From assembly GCA_964621445.1 (NCBI GenBank), contig CAZUNO010000002.1, positions 96,001-160,000 of the forward strand: a stretch of 64,000 nucleotides of DNA, given 5' to 3'. Source of the stretch: Candidatus Hadarchaeota archaeon (GTDB taxonomy: Archaea; CAYQAE01; CAYVLA01). The notes below the pieces were generated by a model. That model worked only from the letters and a program-made list of their open reading frames with translations, did not search any database and was not told where the DNA came from. This document shows, one piece after another, positions 1 to 9,578 of the stretch. Within the stretch, counting starts at the first letter, position 1. The number at the start of each line of letters is the position of its first letter. The translations under genes and the position numbers were made by a program.

Positions 1-357
1 GCCCTGGCCTACGACCCCGAAGTGCTTTTAATGGATGAGCCTTTTGGCTCTCTTGATGCCCAGACCAAGAAGCTGATGCAACAGGAGCTGCTCAGGGTAT
101 GGACGGAGACCCAAAAAACTGTACTTTACGTGACCCATAGCGTGGTCGAGGCTTCCTTTCTGGCTGACCGTGTCGTCGTTCTCACCGCCAGGCCTTCCCG
201 CGTGAAGGGCATAATCGATATCGACATTCCACGTCCACGTAGCTACACCGACGATGACTACCTCGATGTGAGGGAGAGGATCCTATCCCTACTTGACGAG
301 GAAGTGGAAAGGGCATTCGAAAAGGACAGGGGACGGGCCGAAGAACCCAAAACCTGA
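1..357 (+). CDS. ABC transporter ATP-binding protein, NitT/TauT family (C-terminal part, truncated by window edge)
   Basis: Walker B/D-loop LLMDEPFGSLDAQT, H-loop YVTHS, LADRVVVLTARP typical of SsuB/TauB ATPases. Confidence 0.9.
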   Translation, partial: ALAYDPEVLLMDEPFGSLDAQTKKLMQQELLRVWTETQKTVLYVTHSVVEASFLADRVVVLTARPSRVKGIIDIDIPRPRSYTDDDYLDVRERILSLLDEEVERAFEKDRGRAEEPKT

Positions 358-358
358 A

Positions 359-1108
359 TTACTCGATGAGGAAGGAAAGCTCCCGTTCCACCACGCTGTT
401 TTCAAGTTTCTCGTACCTCTCAAGACTTCCAACGTCGTACCAGAAGGAGTCCGTGAGGTAACCCTCAACCTTGTCCCCCTCTTCTATCAATTGGGGTATC
501 ACCTCGCCGGTGAGGTCGACGCTCAATTTATCGCCGGCCTTCCTCTTCCGGGCCTCGATCTCCTCAACCAACTCGATGGCCCTTCTGTTTAGACAAAAGA
601 TTCCCATGGCTACTGGTCTGCCCAACATGGGTTTCTCAACGAAACCCATTAGTTCATTGTCCGGGCCCAGGTCAGCAACTCCGACCCTAACCGGGAAATC
701 GCGAGCCAAAACCACGGTACATGCTGAATCAGTCTCGATATGATTTTTCCAAAGTTCCCCCATGTCAACGGCGGAGAGTATATCCCCGTAATATACGATG
801 AAATTCTCCTCTAGATCATCCTTGGCGTTTAAAAGAGCTCCACCGGTTCCAGTGACCTCCTGGCTATCCTGTATATACTTGAAATGCGCATTAAACCTTC
901 CACCCTGATTGAAATAATTGGTAATTTGATTGGCTCGATAATTGATAAGCATGATAATATCATCGAAACCGTGATGGGTCAGCAACCTGACAACCCACTC
1001 CAGGAGTGGTTTCTCCTGATGGCCAACGGGGACCATGGTCTTCTGGAAATAATAGGTAAGCGGACGTAGCCTTACGCCTTCTCCTCCGCAGAGAACAACT
1101 GCCTGCAT
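359..1108 (-). CDS. Sugar-1-phosphate nucleotidyltransferase (NTP_transferase family)
   Basis: N-terminal AVVLCGGEGVRLRPLT..K, GTGGAL, YGDI, FVEKP, WYDVG motifs. Confidence 0.9.
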   Translation of the reverse strand: MQAVVLCGGEGVRLRPLTYYFQKTMVPVGHQEKPLLEWVVRLLTHHGFDDIIMLINYRANQITNYFNQGGRFNAHFKYIQDSQEVTGTGGALLNAKDDLEENFIVYYGDILSAVDMGELWKNHIETDSACTVVLARDFPVRVGVADLGPDNELMGFVEKPMLGRPVAMGIFCLNRRAIELVEEIEARKRKAGDKLSVDLTGEVIPQLIEEGDKVEGYLTDSFWYDVGSLERYEKLENSVVERELSFLIE

Positions 1109-1226
1109 GTTCCTATTTTTGAGCGTCTATTGAAAAAACTCCCCGAAAATACGGTTATCGAATAAGCTTACCCGGATACAAAATGCTTCAATACAAATTT
1201 ATTTCACCTGGACCCGGAGTAAAAAC

Positions 1227-1856
1227 GTGGAGGATGACCCAAGTGAAGCCCAGCTGGTTCCCGCCGCCAGATCCTTTCTGGGTTCTCTAGCAAAGGAACA
1301 CCTCATAGCTCAGGAAGTGCCGTCCCCGTGGGGTAGACCCGATCTAATTGCTCTGAGTGCGGAGGTCTTTCTCGATAATGTGGAGCCGCTTTCTAGAAAA
1401 TCGTTGAACATCGTGCATAAGATTCGTGGCAACGGTCCAATGAATATTAGCACGCTTTCAGACCGGCTGGGCCTGGCCGAAAAGACCGTTGACAGGCTTC
1501 TCGAAATACCCTTGTCGAGAGGACTCGTGGAAAAAAGGGACGGGGAATTCACTTCGGCAAATGTCTTAAGATGCCCAGAGCACATCATAGCTGTGGAGAT
1601 AAAGGTAAGCGATTGGATCTCGGGTCTACGTCAAGCCCGTAGATACAAGTCATTTGCTGACCAAGTCTACCTATTTCTGGGTAAGAACCCCTCCACATTG
1701 GACCATGATGTATTCCGTGAACAAGGCCTGGGAGTTGCCGAGATAGGCCCTCACCCCACCCTCCTGATAGAAGCCGGGGACTCCACTAAGGAAAACGTAC
1801 CCACGGCTAGGGGAATAATCACCGAGAACGCTCGGCGTATTTTTGGATCTAGGTAA
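1227..1856 (+). CDS. PD-(D/E)XK nuclease-fold protein with inserted winged HTH
   Basis: E-x5-GRPD, then wHTH (MNISTLSDRLGLAEKTVDRLL..RGLV), then AVEIK-x2-DW-x5-QARRY. Confidence 0.6.
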   Translation: MEDDPSEAQLVPAARSFLGSLAKEHLIAQEVPSPWGRPDLIALSAEVFLDNVEPLSRKSLNIVHKIRGNGPMNISTLSDRLGLAEKTVDRLLEIPLSRGLVEKRDGEFTSANVLRCPEHIIAVEIKVSDWISGLRQARRYKSFADQVYLFLGKNPSTLDHDVFREQGLGVAEIGPHPTLLIEAGDSTKENVPTARGIITENARRIFGSR

Positions 1857-2661
1857 ATACTTCCCTTAGGTACTCAAGGCTTTTTCTGGCGATCTTTTTG
1901 GGCCCTGGGGAGAAATCAAAGACCTCTACTGACACATAGCCGTCGTAGCCGGTGTCGTGCAAAGCATCCGCGATGGGCACGAAATCTGTATTCCCGAATC
2001 CCGGTCCCAACTTGTTTTCATCATTTACATGGACATGGGCAAACTTGCCCTCCGCACTGCGGATAATCGAGGGGATATCCTTTTCCTCGCTGCTCATGGC
2101 CTTAATATCCAAGATGGCCTTGAAGTTGGGGTGATCAATTTCATCGACCATTCTCAGGGCATCGTCAACGGTATTTATGAAATCGGTCTCTTCAGGGGCC
2201 AGGGCTTCTATACATAGGGTAACCCCCTTTTCCTCCGCCTCGGGGAGGCACCTTGAGAAGGAATCCTTCGCTAGTTCCCAGGCCTCGTCATACGAGATGC
2301 CTTCAACAACGTTCCTTTGCTTCGGAGAACCAATGACCATGACTTGACCACCGATATCTCCACAAAACCGGGTGAGTTTCTGCAGATATTCATAGGTCTT
2401 GCTACGTATAGAGGTATCGGGGTGATTGATGTAAAGACCTTCCGGCTTGACAAGGAGCCAGTGGAGACCCACTATGTCAAGGCCCAGCTCATCTGCGTTG
2501 TTTGCCAGAGATGTTCTCTCCTCTTTGGAAACCTCAACCACGGACTCACACATGGTAAATGGGGCGATTTCAACGCCGTCGTAACCCGTGGATTTGGCGA
2601 ACTCCATTACATCCTCAATATCCCAATCCTCAAACATCTCATTGCAGATCGAAAACCTCAT
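1849..2661 (-). CDS. Sugar phosphate isomerase/epimerase (TIM barrel, D-psicose/tagatose 3-epimerase-like)
   Basis: GYDGVEI, IEAL..ETDFINT, HVHVND, GPGFG, YDGYVSVEVF motifs. Confidence 0.88.
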   Translation of the reverse strand: MRFSICNEMFEDWDIEDVMEFAKSTGYDGVEIAPFTMCESVVEVSKEERTSLANNADELGLDIVGLHWLLVKPEGLYINHPDTSIRSKTYEYLQKLTRFCGDIGGQVMVIGSPKQRNVVEGISYDEAWELAKDSFSRCLPEAEEKGVTLCIEALAPEETDFINTVDDALRMVDEIDHPNFKAILDIKAMSSEEKDIPSIIRSAEGKFAHVHVNDENKLGPGFGNTDFVPIADALHDTGYDGYVSVEVFDFSPGPKKIARKSLEYLREVFT

Positions 2662-2717
2662 ATTATCCCGAAAGCGGTCTTGGACTGCCGCTGATTAATA
2701 TCTTGCCTAATGCGTAC

Positions 2718-3722
2718 CTACCAGGCAGACCTTGCAGATTCCACCATCAACTCGATTGATTCCTTGGGCGTCTGGGGAGGTACCTCACATCCAGTTGAGA
2801 AAACAAAGAGACCTTTTCTATCCCTTTCCTTTGCAGCATTTACTATTGCCCTGGACTTGCTCTCGATATTCTCCGGAGAACCAAAACGTACGACCGAGGG
2901 GTCAAGGTTGCCCTTTATCACTCCATGATCCAGGTCCCTAAGGGAATCCTCAATATCAACCTTGTGGTCGACATCCACGATATCAACCATGTCATCGAGG
3001 TTCGTTAGGATCGCGGTGGTATCCCCGCATATATGCATCTGAACAAGAGCCCCTTCCTTTCCTATGGCCTTGGATAGAGCCCTATCATATGGAGCTAGCT
3101 TTTCCAGATATGTCTTTGGAGAAAGCACATCCATGGAGGAGGAGGCGTTCCCGATGGCGATCACGTCGGAACCCTCCTCGATCAGAACCTTGGCGAACTC
3201 GCTACTAACCTCCAGGCATTTGTCAAGGAGCGGTTCCACCTTTTCGTCTCCACGCATGAGATCTATTATCATGTTTTTGAATCCTCTCAACTGGGCAGCC
3301 AGCTGATATGCACTCATGACCCAGGAAATGACGGCAAATTCCTCCTTAGCCAAGCTTTTCACGGCACCTATCTTCATGGGGAATCTTCCCTCACTGGTAA
3401 CATCAGGAATGGGAATTTCCTCGACGTTCAGGGTGTCCAGGGCTGGCTTATCTAGTTTAGGAAAGTCGTTTTGGGGGCGGTAGGAGGTACTACCCATGGT
3501 CTCTGCCTCTATCAATACGTCGCTGGCCACGTTCACGGAGTCCACATCAAAGGCTCTCGCACATTTAAGCTGAGCCCTAGCCATGTCCTCGGCGTTCTCG
3601 CAGTAAGCCTTTATTGAAATATCCGAGATCTCGCAGGCGGTTGCCTTAAGAAATGGAGCAACGGATAATTCTTCAATGGGTCCTTCGGAACACCCTTTCA
3701 GGAATCTTTCTCTTGGAGTCAA
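2718..3722 (-). CDS. UroD/MtaA-CmuA family methyltransferase-like protein
   Basis: MTPRERF start, EAETMGS, Zn-binding HICG and C-terminal STGCEVP, GNLDP. Confidence 0.82.
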   Translation of the reverse strand: MTPRERFLKGCSEGPIEELSVAPFLKATACEISDISIKAYCENAEDMARAQLKCARAFDVDSVNVASDVLIEAETMGSTSYRPQNDFPKLDKPALDTLNVEEIPIPDVTSEGRFPMKIGAVKSLAKEEFAVISWVMSAYQLAAQLRGFKNMIIDLMRGDEKVEPLLDKCLEVSSEFAKVLIEEGSDVIAIGNASSSMDVLSPKTYLEKLAPYDRALSKAIGKEGALVQMHICGDTTAILTNLDDMVDIVDVDHKVDIEDSLRDLDHGVIKGNLDPSVVRFGSPENIESKSRAIVNAAKERDRKGLFVFSTGCEVPPQTPKESIELMVESARSAW

Positions 3723-3820
3723 TTAATCATCCACTAAAACAAAATCCGGAAACAAGGACTTATTTCTTTTCACTTTTGCATTAATTATCTACTTGAACTT
3801 TTGGCCAATTTATTAGTCCC

Positions 3821-5014
3821 GTGAAAGGAACATGCGATGGTTTCCAGTGGTTGATTAGACCCACCTTTAGCATGATATCCGGTGAACCCAAGCTATATTC
3901 CCTTTACGCAGACGGTATCCTCCTTGAGGCAGGGCACTTCCTCCTCCGGCGACGGTATCTCCAAAGGAACTTCGGAAGCCGGATAGTAACCATGGACCCC
4001 AGGACCCCCGTCTTCCAATTTCTTTCGGATGCCCTGATCAACCACAAAACGAAAAAGGTGCGTTCCAGCTATCTCAAGCTAGCAAGAAAACATGGAGGAC
4101 CCGTATGGGATCGTACCTCCCATCTCAAGCCCGTTAAGCCTTCAGACCTATCTTTGGCCGAATGTAAAGACCTTTGTTATGGTTTAAACGATCTGTACCA
4201 GGAGGCTGAATGTTCCATCGTGTTACCTCCCTACTTCGTATTTCAAAGCCTGGAAGACAAATGGTTCCGTATCAATATTTCACTCTTCCAATCGATGCGT
4301 GAGCTATCCAAAGATCCCGTGTTTATGGTTCTGGCCTTCGATTATCGCTTACTGGAGAACACCGATGACCTCATTAGGCTCAGAGATATCCTAGTCAGCT
4401 ATTCCCCCGATGGCTACGCCATATGGCCCATTTCCTTGGATGAGACGTCAGCGGCTCCAGAGTTCCTCTACGGTTTGGCGCTTCTACTGGAAGGACTTAA
4501 AGCGCCGGCTCTGATGCTCTATGGTGGATTTTTCACCATGCTTCTTTCAGCGATTACCAGAGCTTCCTTTAGCAATGGTCCATGTTTCTATGAAAAAAGA
4601 GATGCGCAAGTGGCTCCTGCCCTCAACTTTAGGCTTAAATGTGGATATTACCTGCCCCAGATATATCGTAGAGTGGACCCCGTGGCGGCTGTTGTATTCT
4701 ACAGATTACTCAGGGAAATGGGCATGGAGAGCTCGTTATGTCGGGTCTGTCAACAGAACACGCAAAAAATTGGACTGGATGGCCTGGCCTCAATGCCGGA
4801 ACTGGATGTTTTTGAACATAATCTGCTGGTTAAAAGAGGCGAAATGGAATATCTTGACGGTCTTTCCAACATTCTCTTGGGTATTGAGTCCGACTTCTCT
4901 GAAGCATTGGCCAACAGGGATGAATTTTCCAGATTTCGTCCCCTGAATCACATCGAGAACTGGCTCTCAGCGGTCAGGGAGATGATCTCCAACCCTCCAC
5001 GCAACAGATATTAA
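3821..5014 (+). CDS. Hypothetical protein, probable TIM barrel distantly resembling tRNA-guanine transglycosylase/DpdA or beta-family proteins
   Basis: 397-aa ORF with MDPRT, LPPYF, YYLP, CRVC...EHN elements; the fold assignment is pattern-based inference. Confidence 0.5.
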   Translation: MKGTCDGFQWLIRPTFSMISGEPKLYSLYADGILLEAGHFLLRRRYLQRNFGSRIVTMDPRTPVFQFLSDALINHKTKKVRSSYLKLARKHGGPVWDRTSHLKPVKPSDLSLAECKDLCYGLNDLYQEAECSIVLPPYFVFQSLEDKWFRINISLFQSMRELSKDPVFMVLAFDYRLLENTDDLIRLRDILVSYSPDGYAIWPISLDETSAAPEFLYGLALLLEGLKAPALMLYGGFFTMLLSAITRASFSNGPCFYEKRDAQVAPALNFRLKCGYYLPQIYRRVDPVAAVVFYRLLREMGMESSLCRVCQQNTQKIGLDGLASMPELDVFEHNLLVKRGEMEYLDGLSNILLGIESDFSEALANRDEFSRFRPLNHIENWLSAVREMISNPPRNRY

Positions 5015-5027
5015 ATGTCGAAGACAG

Positions 5028-6119
5028 GTGCAAAACATGTCACTCATGATCGTCGTCGGGACTAGGCCCGAAATCATCAAAATGGCCCCCGTCATCATTG
5101 AAGCGAGGAACAGAGATCTTGATTTTGATCTGGTACACACCGATCAGCATTATGACCAGAATCTATCCGGCAGTTTTTTCGACCAGCTTGAATTACCTTC
5201 GCCGGATTATCACCTCAACGTTAAGTCCGGAAGCCAGGCCGAGCAAACGGCCAGGATTTTGCTCTCCCTGGAGCCGGTAATCGATGAAAGAGGACCTGAT
5301 GTAGTACTTGCTCAAGGGGATACAAACACGGTTCTCGGAACCGGAATCACGGCCGTTAAATTGGGAACTGACATAGGCCATGTGGAGGCCGGGTTAAGAA
5401 GCAGGGATCTTCGCATGCCAGAGGAACACAACCGACGGATAGTGGACCACATATCCCAATATCTCTTCGCCCCTACCCAAAAAAGCGCTGCCAATTTACA
5501 AAACGAGAACGTCTGGGGACAGATCGAGGTTACCGGTAATACGGTAATAGATGCATTGGACCTCTTCATTGAAAGGGCACTTGATCAATCCAGCTTCCTG
5601 GACCAAGTTCCCTTTAATCATTATGCCCTGGTCACCATCCATAGGGCTGAAAATGTTGATGATCCCGAAACCCTGCGAAAGGTCGTAGAAATTCTGGAGG
5701 ACATAATCGAGATCCCGGTCCTTTTTCCCATTCACCCTAGGACGGTATCCCGTCTCCAATCAATGAATCTATATGATCGGGTCTCTGAGAACGATAGGAT
5801 CATGCTCACTAACCCCATCCCCTACTTTGACTTTCTGACCGCCATGCAGGGATCTGATTTCATTGTGACCGATTCAGGAGGAGTTCAGGAGGAGGCCACC
5901 CATCCCAAGATACGGAAACCAGTTATCGTCACCCGCTTGTCGACCGAGCGGCCGGAGGCCATTGCTGCCGGATTTGCTGTTGTGGTGGGTTTCCATCTGG
6001 ATGAGATATCCAGAGCTATCTCCGAAATAGACGCCGAGGGACTTCCGCATAAATCCCCCTTTGGAAACGGTGATGCCTCCAAGAAGATCCTGAATGTGAT
6101 CCAAAACCGGCTATCATAG
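5028..6119 (+). CDS. wecB: UDP-N-acetylglucosamine 2-epimerase (non-hydrolysing)
   Basis: GTRPEIIKMAP, QHYD, QGDTNT, HVEAGLRS, MPEEHNR, TDSGGVQEEA, TERPE. Confidence 0.95.
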   Translation: MQNMSLMIVVGTRPEIIKMAPVIIEARNRDLDFDLVHTDQHYDQNLSGSFFDQLELPSPDYHLNVKSGSQAEQTARILLSLEPVIDERGPDVVLAQGDTNTVLGTGITAVKLGTDIGHVEAGLRSRDLRMPEEHNRRIVDHISQYLFAPTQKSAANLQNENVWGQIEVTGNTVIDALDLFIERALDQSSFLDQVPFNHYALVTIHRAENVDDPETLRKVVEILEDIIEIPVLFPIHPRTVSRLQSMNLYDRVSENDRIMLTNPIPYFDFLTAMQGSDFIVTDSGGVQEEATHPKIRKPVIVTRLSTERPEAIAAGFAVVVGFHLDEISRAISEIDAEGLPHKSPFGNGDASKKILNVIQNRLS

Positions 6120-6248
6120 CCCGAGTCTCCCCAATAAGAAGCTTCTGACCGCAAAAGATTTTAATCTCTTAATGCGTTTCCAACCATGCCTGTAAGTCCT
6201 AGACTTTATGTTTCGCTCTAGAATGTCGGCCCGAAGGAGAATGATAAT

Positions 6249-6980
6249 ATGGGATTCTTTGATGCATTCAAATCGCCTGAGACCTTGGAGAAGGAAGGCA
6301 AGCTGAAAGAAGCGGCTCACAAGTATTGGAAAAAGAAAAAGTACGAGGGGGCTGCCAGATGTTACGAGAATTTAGGCTGGTATGATTCTGCAGCGTGGGC
6401 CTGGGAGGAACTTGAGGCCTGGGAAAAGGTAGCAGAGAACAAGGAAAAGGCAGCTGAAGAGGACAGCATGTACTGGAAAGATGCCGCGGAAGCCTGGGAG
6501 AAAGCCGAAAAATTCGGACAGGCCGCGAAGTGCTATGAGAAATATGCGGAGGAAGAACCCTGGTACTGGGAAAATGCTGCCGAGAGCTGGAAAAAGGCGG
6601 ATGAAAAGGACAAAAGCAAGGAGGCCTGGCTCGAATCCGCCAAATATTACGCTAAGGAAGCCGTCGAGGACGAAGGTATATGGTGGGAGGATGCTGCCAA
6701 GGGATTTGAAAAGGCTGGAGAGAAAGAGAAAGCAATAAAGTGCATGAAATATTACCTGAAGTACTGCCTTGAGCAGGCCGAAAAGGAGAAATGGTATTAC
6801 AAGGAAATTGCTGAGGTTCTTGAGAAATTCGGGCAGGAGGAAAAAGCGGCTCAATACATGAAAAAATACGAGGAATACGAAAAGGAACGTAAGGAGAGAG
6901 CCCTTAAGAGACTTGAAGAGGAGAAGAAGGCCCGTCAGGAAAAAGCCGAACAGACTGCAGACGTAACACCAACCGATTAA
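6249..6980 (+). CDS. Alpha-helical repeat protein (SNAP/TPR-like), W/Y/E/K-rich
   Basis: Repeated (W/Y)xxAAxx(W/Y)EK(A/G) units and a C-terminal charged coiled coil. Confidence 0.65.
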   Translation: MGFFDAFKSPETLEKEGKLKEAAHKYWKKKKYEGAARCYENLGWYDSAAWAWEELEAWEKVAENKEKAAEEDSMYWKDAAEAWEKAEKFGQAAKCYEKYAEEEPWYWENAAESWKKADEKDKSKEAWLESAKYYAKEAVEDEGIWWEDAAKGFEKAGEKEKAIKCMKYYLKYCLEQAEKEKWYYKEIAEVLEKFGQEEKAAQYMKKYEEYEKERKERALKRLEEEKKARQEKAEQTADVTPTD

Positions 6981-7053
6981 TGGTTATTTTATTTTCGCTC
7001 CTGGATGGGATATTGTATAGTATGCTTTCACCCCATCTAGTATTCGATTTAAG

Positions 7054-7572
7054 ATGTCTCTTCATGATCCCGATGCATTTGAATTGGAGCAAGCGTTCCG
7101 AACCTTTCGAGGGGGAGAACAAACTTTACCCGAAATTTGCAATGATTTGGGAATAAGGCCTGGACCGGTATACGACTACTACGTTGAGGACCTGAAGGAG
7201 AATCGAGAGGTTCCCGAATCCAATAGAGTTCGTGTTAACGTCGACCAACACGCGGGCTTTGACCGGGTATACAATGATCTGCCCATAATGGTTAACCAGA
7301 TATCGGGAAAGTATCCTAAATACTCCCTATACGAGCTGGCTGATTACGAGCCTTTACCGGATACTGAATGGGTGATATTTTTCATTCCCAACCTGGGCTT
7401 CATCAAGCTGTATACTTCCCTTTTCTATGATCTCGGGTGCTATCTGGAGGCCCTCATACCCGACTCCTCTCGTAAACGAGAGGCCGAACGTTTAGTCGAA
7501 AAGATGCGCATCGAACTGAACAGGTTTTATCGAGAAAAATCGGAGAGGGAAACTAGCCTTTCCCATGGATAG
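7054..7572 (+). CDS. Hypothetical protein
   Basis: 172-aa ATG ORF filling the gap up to the tRNA; no recognised motif. Confidence 0.55.
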   Translation: MSLHDPDAFELEQAFRTFRGGEQTLPEICNDLGIRPGPVYDYYVEDLKENREVPESNRVRVNVDQHAGFDRVYNDLPIMVNQISGKYPKYSLYELADYEPLPDTEWVIFFIPNLGFIKLYTSLFYDLGCYLEALIPDSSRKREAERLVEKMRIELNRFYREKSERETSLSHG

Positions 7573-7573
7573 G

Positions 7574-7685
7574 TGGGGCCGCCCGGATTTCCATGGCCAG
7601 TGGCCAATTTGAACCGGAGTCACGAGGACCCGAACCTCGGAGGATATCCTCCTTGTGGATATGGACCAGGCTACCCTACGGCCCC
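7574..7685 (-). tRNA. tRNA-Pro(CGG) with two introns (7644-7660 at position 22/23; 7588-7607 at position 59/60)
   Basis: Reverse complement folds as GGGGCCG/CGGCCCC acceptor stem, CGAGG-TTCGGGT-CCTCG anticodon arm and TCCGG-TTCAAAT-CCGGG T arm once two BHB-bounded inserts are removed (75-nt mature form). Confidence 0.92.
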
Positions 7686-7730
7686 TTCTTGGGAGGGATA
7701 AACGCTCCGGGTAAAAATCTTTTCCGGGAA

Positions 7731-8609
7731 CTATCTATACATGTTAGTTTCGGATAGGCCCCCCTCGCCCTTTTCTCCACCTCGTTGGGCGAATCTCTTG
7801 GCCAGGGCCTGCAGGGTTCGCTGCTTTATCTCCTGCTGATCCCTTTGCTGACTGGTCTCCCTATCAAGATCCTCATCGATCTTCTCAAAATCGAGATCCA
7901 AATCGGCCAAACTGGATATCTTTGTCAAGACCTGGCGAATTGCATCGCCATCCATAGTTGTCCCCTGCCCTGACATGATCGCCGTTCCCAGGAAGAAAAC
8001 CGAGGGTATACCCCTCCTCATCGCCAACATGGGTAGTGCAGCCTGGAAACCCTGTCCTGCATTTAGGACCTTGGTTATCCCCTCTGCGTCCTGAATATCA
8101 TCGATCTTCGCGATTTCATGCTTTTTCATAAAATCATCGGCGTCGGACCCGTTTGGCCTGCCCACTATTCCCGGCATCTCCTCCTTATCTGCGACTCCAA
8201 AACCTCCAACAGACAGCATCAGGGAATCATCGCTAACCGCGTCGATTACCTCGAATATGGCCTCGCTGGCGAAATGGGATTCCCAGGAAGCCGGCTGCCG
8301 AGGACCAAATGCTAGAAGAACCGGGACATCTCCCTTGTCAGTGAAGTTAAGCTTAACTCCAGGACTATCGAAATATCCGGTTTCCTCGCTCACTATGGGA
8401 TCGGAAAGCATGCTCAATGAGCTTATTTCTCCCAGGTACTTGAAGTCCAAATCCTGTTTCTGAAGATAAAATCCCGTCATAAAGGCTACTAGTCCAATTC
8501 CTGTGCCCGTGCAGACCACCGCCAACAGGTCATCAACCTTGGGTAGTTCGTCCTCTATATCGGCGATGGCGTATTGAACCTGTTGCCCATAGGGGGTTTG
8601 TTCGGTCAT
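7731..8609 (-). CDS. PAC2 family (proteasome assembly chaperone-like) protein
   Basis: GTGIGLVA, G.RQP, LSVGGF, C-terminal HbYX-like MYR. Confidence 0.75.
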   Translation of the reverse strand: MTEQTPYGQQVQYAIADIEDELPKVDDLLAVVCTGTGIGLVAFMTGFYLQKQDLDFKYLGEISSLSMLSDPIVSEETGYFDSPGVKLNFTDKGDVPVLLAFGPRQPASWESHFASEAIFEVIDAVSDDSLMLSVGGFGVADKEEMPGIVGRPNGSDADDFMKKHEIAKIDDIQDAEGITKVLNAGQGFQAALPMLAMRRGIPSVFFLGTAIMSGQGTTMDGDAIRQVLTKISSLADLDLDFEKIDEDLDRETSQQRDQQEIKQRTLQALAKRFAQRGGEKGEGGLSETNMYR

Positions 8610-8745
8610 TACCTGATCTCCGCCAATTATTAGGTCATTGACAATGCCTCAAATATATTACTCGAGCGGTTCGTCAACGCCTGCCCGAGTGAAGGGTCTT
8701 CGGTAACATATTATAAACTCTCCAAAACCTCCGAAATGGGATAAC

Positions 8746-9561
8746 ATGGAGCTTTTGAAGAAGAGCGAGGAGAAGATCGGCTATCGATCAATCGTGGATG
8801 ACCCGGAGCTCTGTAACTTCATTAAGTTTGGGCTGGTCACTCTGCCTAAGGGGAGAAGCTATGAGGCCGAAACCGCTGGAGATGAAACCTGCCTAGTTAT
8901 TCTGGCCGGTAAATGTACTGTTTCGGCCGGAGAGGAAAAATGGGATAATATCGGGTCCAGGAGCAATGTCTTCGAGGGAAATCCCTATTCCGTCTATCTT
9001 CCTAAGGACTATTCCTTCGAGGTAGTTGCCTCCACCGATTGTAGCATTGCCATCTGCCGCTCTCCAGCGAAAACCAAGAGAGTTCCGCGCCTCATCCCTC
9101 CCGAAGATGTCAAATGCCGGATGTCTGGAAAATGGAACTGGAGCCGAAAGGTATGCGACATCATGGGAAATGACTCCGATATTCCGGAGAACCTGATAAT
9201 TGGCGAGACCTTCAACCCGCCTGGTAACTGGTCCAGTGCCCCTCCTCACAAACACGATGTCGATAATCTACCCGAGGAATCCAAGCTGGAGGAGGTATAT
9301 TTCTACAAACTTCAGCCAAGGCAAGGTTTCGGGGTGCAAAGGGTATACACCGAGGAGGGGGACATCGACGAGGCATATGTCATTGAGGATGGAGACGCAG
9401 TCGCCATTCCCAAGGGCTATCACCCGGTCGTGGCCGGCCCTGGCTATCAACTCTACTATCTGTGGGTCCTGGCCGGTGAGACGAGAATGATGGCGCCCAA
9501 TGACGATCCAGAACACGCCTGGCTCAAGAACTGCGAGCCAATAATCTCTCAGATTAGATAG
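8746..9561 (+). CDS. iolB: 5-deoxy-glucuronate isomerase
   Basis: GNWSSAPPHKHD, LEEVYFY, GFGVQRVY, PKGYHPV, YYLWVLAG. Confidence 0.93.
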   Translation: MELLKKSEEKIGYRSIVDDPELCNFIKFGLVTLPKGRSYEAETAGDETCLVILAGKCTVSAGEEKWDNIGSRSNVFEGNPYSVYLPKDYSFEVVASTDCSIAICRSPAKTKRVPRLIPPEDVKCRMSGKWNWSRKVCDIMGNDSDIPENLIIGETFNPPGNWSSAPPHKHDVDNLPEESKLEEVYFYKLQPRQGFGVQRVYTEEGDIDEAYVIEDGDAVAIPKGYHPVVAGPGYQLYYLWVLAGETRMMAPNDDPEHAWLKNCEPIISQIR

Positions 9562-9578
9562 AAAACCTGGGTAGCGGA

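Noticed and set aside
6249-6980. Nucleotide-level repeats suggestive of a CRISPR or tandem array
   Set aside because: The periodicity is degenerate and explained by protein repeats; there are no identical repeat-spacer units
6120-7573. Integrated element at the tRNA-Pro 3' end
   Set aside because: No integrase, and I found no direct repeat of the tRNA 3' end bounding the region
8660-8690. Imperfect inverted repeat between the divergent PAC2 and iolB genes
   Set aside because: It is a short single instance and cannot be told from chance without comparative data
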